A stretch of 64,000 nt of DNA from Eledone cirrhosa (lineage: Eukaryota), in contig OZ024741.1 in the NCBI GenBank assembly GCA_964016885.1, positions 215,698,001 through 215,762,000 on the forward strand, read 5' to 3'. The notes under the pieces are model-generated. The model had not been told where the DNA came from, ran no database searches, and saw only the letters and a list, made by a program, of their open reading frames with translations. Numbering within the stretch: position 1 is the first letter of the stretch; the number at the start of each line of letters is the position of its first letter. Positions 54,335 through 64,000 of the stretch are shown piece by piece. The position numbers were made by a program, and so were the translations under genes.

Positions 54335-57300
54335 CAGAGGTTATATTTAATTTGTTGGGATTCAACAAGCTTTAACATTTGTATAACTGATATAAAGCAC
54401 TCAACTGATTAGTGGAGTAAATACACAATATATTAATAAATGGAAACTATATTTATAAAACCATATTTATTTTATTATATATATTTCAAGGCCAACCAAG
54501 GCAAATTATGGTGCGCTTTCATCAGATAAAATACAGATTTGTTTTATAAATAAATATTGACATACCCGGAAAAAAGTCAACCTTAACGGTTGGAGATTCC
54601 TGGATAGTGGAGATAATATTTTATTGAGGGTAATACTAAGTTATGAGTGACTATGCAAATGAGTGTCCGAATAGTTGAAAAGATAACGGTTTATTTAAAT
54701 TAAACTGTTGGAAGAGGATGATATGTAAGGGAGAGAGAAAAAACAGAAAAAAAAGTAAGGAAGGAGAAAGAGAGAAAAGGAAAGAAAGAACGATTATACA
54801 TAGTGATATTGTAGAAAGTCAGAATGAATGAAGAAATAAGTTTTAATGGAAAAATATACAAAATATATCCAAGTTAAAGAAGAAATAAGATTGACGTGGC
54901 AGAATAATATTTAGAATGTAGGGTTCATTACGTTGAGATTATAATATTTATAAGGATAGGTTGAAAAATTATATTAAAATTAAAAATTAGAAATCAAAAT
55001 TAAAGATTAAAATTTGCCTTAATATTAAAGATTTAATTTAATATTAAAAAATTAAAAAATTAAAAATTAAAAATTAAAAATTAAAATTAAAACAGAAGTA
55101 TTTGTATTATATTAAGATGTATTAGTAATAATATATTGGTTTAGATGTGTATGTTAAGGATTATAAATTATTTTAATAAATATACAGTATTTTACATTAG
55201 AGAAAATCTAGTATAGTTTATTTTATTAAAGTAAGTTTGGCAAAATTATATTTATTAATAGTTGTAAGTCAAAATTTAAACATCCAAATAATTCTAAATT
55301 TATGAAAATTTACGAGAGTTTACAAAGGAATAACTACTTAGTTATATCATAAAAACAGTAAGGAAGTATAAAGGAAGTTAGAAGTGATTTTTTAAGATCT
55401 CAAATGATTCCAGGGATTAAATGTTATAAAGTTGAAAATGTTATCTTAAGAATATAATTAAAACATAAAACATATGTTATTTTATAAGAATTCATAAATT
55501 TATCTTAAGAATATAATTAAAACATAAAACCATAAGTTATTTTATAAGAAGTCATACTTGCTATAAAATTTAAAAAAATTTATCTTAAGAATATAGTTAA
55601 AACATAAACCATAGGTTATTCCACATATATATAAAAAACCTATATATAAAAATCATATGTTATTCCACATATATATAAATATTTGGATACATATATTTAA
55701 AATGTTTGACGATATAAAAATATTGGAAGATATAAAAATAATGGTTTTTTCATATCTTTCAAACGAACCTTCAAAGAATTTTCTAAAACCTTTCGAAAGT
55801 TTTTTAAGGAAAATTTTCCTTAAAAGAATTTCAAGTAGTCATATAAAAAAGGTTATAATCTATTGATAAGTGTAATAATATAATTATGAGGTAGAGATAA
55901 TAGAAAGTAAATTAAATATATATGAATAATATATAGATATAATCTGAAGGATGATGTTGAAGGTGGTTGGATATAGAAAACATTATGTAAAGGAGATTAA
56001 CCATATATTACATTTTGTATATATATTTAAAAGTTGAGTTTAAACGATGTTTACAAAAACTAAATAAATTATTTCGCAAATTAATAGAGTTCTTACTTTT
56101 TAGTATAAAGAATATTTCTTCAACGCAAAGGGAGCAATTTTGTGGATAGAGCCGTGTATGAAGGAGCTTTAGAGATAATTTCCCAAAATAAAGAATAGTT
56201 AATATTCTTGGATTTTAAGTTCCATAATAAGTTGGATAGAGAAGTTGAAGATTTTTTACGAATATTCGTAAAGGAATATTTATGGTTATTGAAACGAGAT
56301 TTGAAGTCATTGAAAGTAGAGCCGACATAGTTAAAGGAATTTTCATTGGTTTTGACATTACAATTGTATACTATATTTTTAACTAAACAGTTATTATTTA
56401 GAGGACAGTTAGATTTATTTCTACAATTACATTTATCTGAATTTATATTATTAGGAGCCGTAAACATTATATTGGATATTTGTAGAGGTATTAATGCTGT
56501 TCCGGTTAGGTTTTAAGTTTCTATTATTAATTCTATTAATATTCTGCGCTAAATTCATAGTGGTGGAATATAAGAGTTTAATAGTATCTCTATTAAAGAT
56601 TGAGTAATATCTGTGTGTCTTAGGAAAGAACTTATCTAGAGCTTTAAAAAATAATTTAGCTATAGGAGTTTTAATACTTAATGAGAAAGGAGAGCGAACC
56701 ATAATATATTTCTAGTTCTATTTCTTCTTTTGATTTTCGAGTTAGTACAAAGTTTCCTATTATAATTATATTTATAGTTATGGTTAATTGGCACATCCTT
56801 ATTATAAATGTATTTAATTTCATTACTATAGCCTGCTCTACTTAACGCTTCGTTATAATATTGTGCCTTATCTTCAAATGTATTTTTATTCGCTGAAATT
56901 CTAGAAATACGTTGCTGCACAGAATTTACAATAGTGTTTTTAACGGGTCTGGGGAATTAAAGTTAACATAGTTTAAATTCTCATTGATTTTATGAAATGG
57001 ATAATAAAGACCTGTATTAAGGTTTAAAGTTACATCTAAAAAATTAACTATTTTATAAATATTCTCTACTTCTATTTTAAGATTAACGCTATTAAAAAAT
57101 TGTATAATTTCTTTTCTTTTCCTATTTATTTCACAATTATTATTATTTTCAATAAGCAATAGCATATCGTCACGATATAAACCACCGGTCATCTCTGGTA
57201 TTTTCCTATGTAAAGTATTGTTAATAAAAAAACCCACAAGATCCGTTAATTGCGCCGAGTCCGATGACGTCATAGTGATATCGAAATTGTTATCCCTATC

Positions 57301-57845
57301 TGCTCTAGTCCAAAGGTGGTTGCTAAATTTAATTAATGTTTTATGTGCAGTTAAGATAATGTGCATTTCATTGCTAGTTAAATCAGTATATTTAAATGCA
57401 TATGTAAGGGCTTTATTAAGTAAATTAGGAGTGATAGCTGAGTAATAATTAGCAATATCCAATTGAATGAATTTATTGTTATGTTTATATTTAATGTCCT
57501 TAAACCAGTCAATAACTTCATTAGTCCCATTCCATAATTTTAAATAAGATATTTCCTTAAGTTGTGGTATGATTCTATCTAAAATATTCTTGCTAAGTAT
57601 GCCAAGGTCCGATTTAGATGGTGCAATCAATCTAACTGGTAATTCAATTTCAAAATTTATTTTATGGTCCTTCAAATTAATTTTTGATTTCCTAGGTATG
57701 AAGGGTTGAGTCCTTTTCGATGCCTAATTCTTGCATTATATAAGAAGCTTCAGTATTTAGTCTTTCAAGGTCATCGTTGGTTGCTCTTTTGTAATTTCTT
57801 CTTACTTCCTTCAATATAAGATTATTGTAATCATCTTTTTACATT
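54335..57845 (-). mobile_element. Decayed Penelope-like element (RT + GIY-YIG; Nematis-like motif pattern) with long AT-rich 3' region
   Basis: PVRLIAPSKSDLG, LDIANYYSAIT, FDITMTSSDSAQ, GLYRDD, NFLDVTLNL; CNCRNKSNCPL...IVY...YVGST..FKSRFNNH. Split across ORFs 56926-57675, 56678-56920, 56451-56702 and 56120-56467. Confidence 0.88.
54471..54530 (-). ncRNA. Type-I hammerhead near the PLE 3' end
   Basis: tttat-CTGATGA-aagcgcacca...tggttggcctt-GAAA-tatata-TA-ataaa. Confidence 0.65.
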
Positions 57846-58267
57846 ATAATAGTTGTGGTTCGATGGTTCTAATTTGAGATACCAGAACTATAAAAATGAG
57901 CGGAGCAAGCAATTATCAAACAATCTTTTAAATAAATTAAAAAACGATTTAAATATTCACCTGTTCTATTGCTGTTACCGACAGTTTCACTGATCAAAAG
58001 ATTGGAAATCCAGAGAATTTCCAATGGAAAGAATTAGATCTTCAGACAGCTATTTCCTTTTGAATAGTGAAACCGTCGGTAACAGCAATAGAACAGGTGA
58101 ATATTTAATTCGTTTTTAACTTATTTAAAAGATTGTTTGATAATTGCTTGCTCCGCTCATTTTTATAGTTCTGGTATCTCAAATTAGTATCATCGAATCA
58201 CAACTATTATAAACACCATGCATATTTATGTAGGTACCTAGTGCCTGTCGAAATATCCATACCCTTT

Positions 58268-58268
<1 letters not shown>
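57846..58268. mobile_element. Fold-back element (~145-bp arms) with HHR 3' half, at the PLE truncation point
   Basis: 57846-57991 mirrors 58067-58210; tGAAA-ccg-TC-ggtaa at ~58068-58082. Confidence 0.75.
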
Positions 58269-58300
<32 letters not shown>

Positions 58301-58410
58301 ATTTGCTCTACGGTTCTTATATATTTGATATATATTTTCCTTATCGAGCCCTCTTTGGATTTTAGTCTTCAATTTTATTATTATTACTATATGTATTTAT
58401 ATATATATAT

Positions 58411-58672
<262 letters not shown>

Positions 58673-59385
58673 TAGTATATCTACCAACATATATATACAG
58701 ATGTATACCTATGCTAGCAAATATATAGGTTTTGTCTTAGTAACTTTGTGGTTCAATGCAAGGGGATGCAGAACAATTATATGAAAGACGTAAAATAAGA
58801 AAATTATAAAAATTTACTTACTTACTAAAATTTCACTCCAACTAATTAGTTTCTGAAAGGGAATAAACATGGTTTCCGATTGGAACAACATGGAGAAATA
58901 TCCTTTCGTCATCAGGGAGATCTGTCCCAGGCAAAGCGTGGACACAGGGAACTTATACAAAAATAATTTAGTGGATGGAAAAAAGCAAGCGAGGACTAGA
59001 TTCCAGGACATTGAAAAAATCATTGCCTACCTAGTTGGTGGCGAATTCAAAAGAATCAATCACGTGATATTCCTTGTTCGATCTTTATGCTGAAAGCTTA
59101 TAGTTTTAAGCAGACAGTATTATTGATTTAGGTGTCATAGAAACCCTGCATTTGCATTTAACCACCAGTTCCATTTGGGTCCAGGTTTTTATCATTTATT
59201 TTGTTTGACCTGTTTAGCTTGATTTGTTTTTTGGCTTAGGTGGTTAATGCCTTCTTGACCACCTTTTCAGTTTGTATGGCGTTTTAACACATTGTTTAGC
59301 TCTGGTGTTTAACTATTGAGTCCTTGCCAGCATTTCTACGATTTTGCGTTTCGTTTCGCTTTTTCTACCAGCCGAAATACGATTC

Positions 59386-59535
59386 TCGCTGAATTATATT
59401 TATATATATATATATTTGTGTAGGGTTTGTTTTTACTACTTATCTTCTATCGGCACAGTTATTACTTAATATATTTTTATATATATATGGATACTCTTCC
59501 CTTATATATTAATACTATATATTATATATATATAT

Positions 59536-59627
<92 letters not shown>

Positions 59628-59647
59628 ATATATATCTCGGTGAATTA

Positions 59648-59706
<59 letters not shown>

Positions 59707-59860
59707 ATATATATCTCGGTGAATTATATTTATATATATATATATATATATATTTGTGTAGGGTTTGTTTTTACTACTTATCTTCTATCGGCACAGTTAT
59801 TACTTAATATATTTTTATATATATATGGATACTCTTCCCTTATATATTAATACTATATAT

Positions 59861-59870
<10 letters not shown>
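59386..59870 (+). repeat. ~150-bp direct duplication separated by (TA)n
   Basis: tttgtgtagggtttgtttttactacttatcttctatcggcacag... at ~59414 and ~59753. Confidence 0.85.
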
Positions 59871-59913
<43 letters not shown>

Positions 59914-59914
59914 T

Positions 59915-60130
59915 GAATACACAAGAATCGAAGTTATGTTTAAAACATTTAATCGGTGACAATTGTTTCTTCCAAAGCTAGGCTTGAAGTCTTAGAAGCA
60001 TTATCAATGTTTGTACATATAATTAACCTCCTATTAAACTGAAGAATCAACTGAACAATCATACAGATTTCCGAAGAAACAATTGTCAGCGATTAAATGT
60101 TTTAAACATAACTTTGATTTTTGTGAATTC
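59915..60130. mobile_element. Fold-back element with HHR remnant
   Basis: 59915-59970 mirrors 60073-60130; CTGAAGA at 60039 and GAAA-caattg-TC at ~60076. Confidence 0.6.
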
Positions 60131-60437
60131 TATATTACTGCTCTGTAAAACAACTGATGTTCTTACATTGAGCTATTTCTCCTACTGGTAATAAGGTAGT
60201 AATAAATTACTGACCTTCCCTGTCTATAGTTGTTTATAGTATAGTATATACATAACTATAAATAGTATCTTTAATATTATATATATATATATATATAATA
60301 TTAAAGATACTATTTATAGTTATGCATATACTATACTATAAACAACTATAAACACACACATATATATATATATATAGGGAGCAATCGATGAGTAGTTTCC
60401 AGTAAGTATAAAAGTGTAGTACTAAGTAGAATTTAAT

Positions 60438-60781
60438 ACTACTAATAATAAAAAGGACGATTTATTAAGTCTTTATTACGTTCATTGAGTAGTGACGCGC
60501 GTTTCGCTATTGATCTGCTCAAGGTTCGATCTGTATCGATCTGGCCCGACTCTGGTATTAAAAGCTCGTCGGGCTTCTGTTATGGTAATAACAGAACGAA
60601 CCTCTTAGGGCCCTGAGAGGTTCGTTCTATTATTACCATAACAGAAGTCCGACGAGCGTTTCATTCCAGATTCGGCCCAAATTGATACAGATCGAACCTT
60701 CAGCTGATCACTAGCGAAACGCGCATCACTACTCAATAAAATTAATGAAGATCTGACAAATTGTTCTTTTTATTATTAGTA
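60438..60781. mobile_element. ~340-bp palindrome centred on gggccc (~60610), each arm with an HHR-like fold
   Basis: agaagY-CCGACGA-gc...gc-GAAA-cgcgcR-TC-actact in both arms. Confidence 0.7.
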
Positions 60782-60787
60782 TATATA

Positions 60788-60979
60788 GGGCGGTGGATTG
60801 GCAGTTTTGGTAGAGAGTCGGGCACCATGCTTTGAAGACAGAGTTACGTCCCTTTATGATCTGAGTTCAAATCCCGCCGCGGTTAACTTTACCTTTCGTC
60901 CTTACGGGGTAGATAAAATAAAGTACCAGTAATGTAAAGGGTAATTGCTGCCCTTGTGCGAAAAGTGAAAACAATTATT
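60788..60979 (+). mobile_element. Nin/Deu-type SINE
   Basis: Match to 5950-6134. Confidence 0.85.
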
Positions 60980-61109
60980 GGTATATATATATATATATAT
61001 ATATATAAAGAATTAATATCTAGCAACATATATATACATACAGATGCATTAGTTGGAAGTGATATTTTAGTAAGTAAGTAAGTTAATTTTATAATTTTCT
61101 TATTTTACG

Positions 61110-61183
<74 letters not shown>

Positions 61184-61185
<2 letters not shown>

Positions 61186-61331
61186 CGAAGGAGTTGTGGT
61201 AAGGAACCAGATGGACCATACGCACCAGAGTACTCAATACTTAGGGTAGTAGAGTGGGTAATAGGAAAATATATGACCCCGACGGCAGAGCTCAAGCCGT
61301 TTCGAAACCGTCGGGGTCATACATTTTCCTA
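61184..61331. mobile_element. Fold-back mini-element (45401 family)
   Basis: aacgaaggagttgtggtaaggaacc...gaccccgacgg...ccgtcggggtc...tttcctat. Confidence 0.75.
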
Positions 61332-61354
61332 TATATATATATATTTGTGTGTGA

Positions 61355-61402
<48 letters not shown>

Positions 61403-61431
61403 GAGTGTATATATTTATATATTTATGTGTG

Positions 61432-61476
<45 letters not shown>

Positions 61477-61579
61477 ATGCATACAAGCATAGATATATAT
61501 GTGTTTGTGTAGAACTATAAATTGTCAATGTAATGTAAGTAATATTTTAATGTTCTGCTCGATTCTCTATGAATACAGT

Positions 61580-62430
61580 GAAAACATACCTCTATCCCTC
61601 ACCAGTCAGGAGTCTGATCCTAAGTGTCACATTTGCTGAGCAATAAAAGCATATCTCTGTTACCCAGCAGTCTGTCAGACCATGACACCGTAGCTGAGTA
61701 GAAAAAAACACACATCTGGCCCCCAACAATCTTCAAATGATCAATGAAAATACACCACAGAGCGTCAGCAGTTAGTCAGTCGTTGTTACCATAGCTGAGC
61801 AATGAATATGCACCACAGACCCTCAGCAGTTTATTAGTCGTGTTACCATAACTGAGCAATGAAAATACGCATCTGGTTCTCAGTAGTCTATTAATCATTG
61901 TCTCCTTAGCTGAACAATAAAAATACATCTTTGTGCTCAGCAGTCGTTCAGTCAGTGACGCCTGCAATGAGCAATGAAAATACATCTCTGACCCTCAGCA
62001 GTTGGTTATTTTGTGAAACTTATGAAGAAGAATAATTTCTTCATTAGCCAAACAGGGCTCACATTAAGGAAACATTAAAGACGATACAGGACAATACAAT
62101 GTGGGGCCTTTTTGTGTAAAATAAAATTTATACCAGAGACTAAGAAAATAAACATTTAAAACAAACATAACAAATCCCACAAAGCTGAGGAGACTCTAAG
62201 GGTTACTAATAGAGAAATCTCACAAAAGCCACGTTCACCCTGTCCGCAAGGGCAAAATGTCCTCTCCCAGTTTTTTACTCCAATCTATAGGCGTATATTA
62301 AGGAAGACCCATTCACACGGACTGTGCTCGCCACATTCACCCACCTTTTAATGAAAACACCTCTAGCCTTCAATAATCTGTTAGTCAGTGTCACTTTAGC
62401 TGAGCAGTAAAAACACACATTTCAATTCTT
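61580..62430. repeat. Degenerate ~60-bp minisatellite, interrupted at ~62010-62360
   Basis: agctgagcaatgaaaatac...ctcagcagt recurs about every 60 bp. Confidence 0.75.
62030..62360 (-). mobile_element. Diverged 3' end of a Tx1-like LINE related to 41912-44337
   Basis: aaaagccac..accctg..aagggcaa..cctctcccagtttt..cccattcacacgg aligns with the reverse complement of 43950-44280. Confidence 0.7.
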
Positions 62431-63069
62431 AGTCATTGTCGTCTAGATGACCTTACTGGTGTAAAGAGCCAGTTCGATTTTTTACTGGTTTATCTTCCAT
62501 CATGATTATTTCTATTATATATTTGAATATATAATAGAATTGATTCTCATGAACAATAATTTCCATTTACATCGGTTAAAATTTAATAGTTTCGGCTATA
62601 AACGTGAGGGTGAAAAACTCTCCTAATGTGACTGTGTGTATCTTAATCAAAAAAACATTTTCTGACGACCAACAACAACAATAAGCCATTTGGGACTGTA
62701 ATGCGATCTGAGAGAGTCTGCAACAAAACGAGGTTATAAAAACTATTGCAGTTATTATCTACAACTTTGCCACATCCGAACATAGTTATTTATATTATGA
62801 CTTGGTGTAATTGCTCTATCTGTGATTCCACTGTTTAACATGTTCTGACTTTAAAATCCCGATAAGAAATAAAACAAAATATATGTATATATGTATACAC
62901 ACACACACACACACACTCACACTGAAATATATATATGGTATTTATGTATGTAAATGTATGTATGTATTAAAGAAGACATTCAGATATGAAAAAAAATGTT
63001 GAAATAACAGAAATGCTAGAAGACAATATATATATGTAAGTGCATATACACACAAACACAGACACACAC

Positions 63070-63126
<57 letters not shown>

Positions 63127-63186
63127 CATAAGTACATAAATATATTCAAGCATACGCATGAATTTAGATCCGGCTTCTTTTATTCT

Positions 63187-63239
<53 letters not shown>

Positions 63240-63250
63240 TGTGTGTGTGC

Positions 63251-63304
<54 letters not shown>

Positions 63305-63340
63305 GCATATATATATACGTATTTATATATATAAATTAAT

Positions 63341-63432
<92 letters not shown>

Positions 63433-63661
63433 GGCGGGTATAACTGTTTCCTTTACGCCTTTTATAATTTATATGAAGACGAAATAGTGAATGGGTCGCG
63501 AACGAAATATAGGTTTAGTAGAAGAAATGGAAATGGTTGGCCGTATAAAGTATGGTATACATATCGCTGTAAAGACTCAAGTTGATGGACGTTAATAGAT
63601 GTCATAGTCCTTGACATTTTGGTTGAAAGTTTAAGATGTCTTCGCTAGAGAAGCAAACAAG

Positions 63662-63721
<60 letters not shown>

Positions 63722-63869
63722 TCTGCGTAATTATTGTCCTTTTTTTAATATATATCTTAGAATCTTATATAGTAGAATTACACCAACAATATCAACAATA
63801 TCTAGGAAAAAAATACACCTTTTTTAATCAAGAGAAAATTGCTTTGCTTGTATATATATATATTTACTC

Positions 63870-63926
<57 letters not shown>

Positions 63927-64000
63927 TTTATATATATATATATATATTATATATGTATATATTATATATATATTATATATATTTATACACATTTATATAT

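Noticed and set aside
59070-59385. Possible R4-like LINE remnant (also an RTE-like remnant at 4870-5210)
   Set aside because: Only faint peptide resemblance across multiple stops.

Overview
AT-rich eukaryotic (animal) DNA dense in microsatellites, with no confidently identifiable host gene. The SINE repertoire suggests an octopod cephalopod (inference). Most long ORFs in the track are translations of simple repeats. The real coding sequence is retrotransposon-derived: a near-intact RTE LINE (22441-25775), a 5'-truncated Tx1/L1-clade LINE (41912-44337), an R4/Dong-type RLE fragment, older RTE pieces, and three Penelope-like element (PLE) loci with RT and/or GIY-YIG domains. Reading the short unique segments between (TA)n arrays reveals about 18-20 type-I minimal hammerhead ribozyme (HHR) motifs from several families. 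The most notable structure is a non-coding 477-bp tandem unit (15594-17280) carrying one HHR and one octamer per unit, which looks like a non-LTR retrozyme; a diverged sister family sits at 20051-20620. Many HHR-bearing elements are head-to-head fold-back insertions in (TA)n with a reproducible short-arm/long-arm asymmetry. Also present: a 5S rRNA-derived head fused to a SINE/LINE tail, a 5.8S/ITS2 fragment, about 14 Nin/Deu-type SINE copies and several minisatellites. All folds and alignments were done by eye; nothing was computed or searched.
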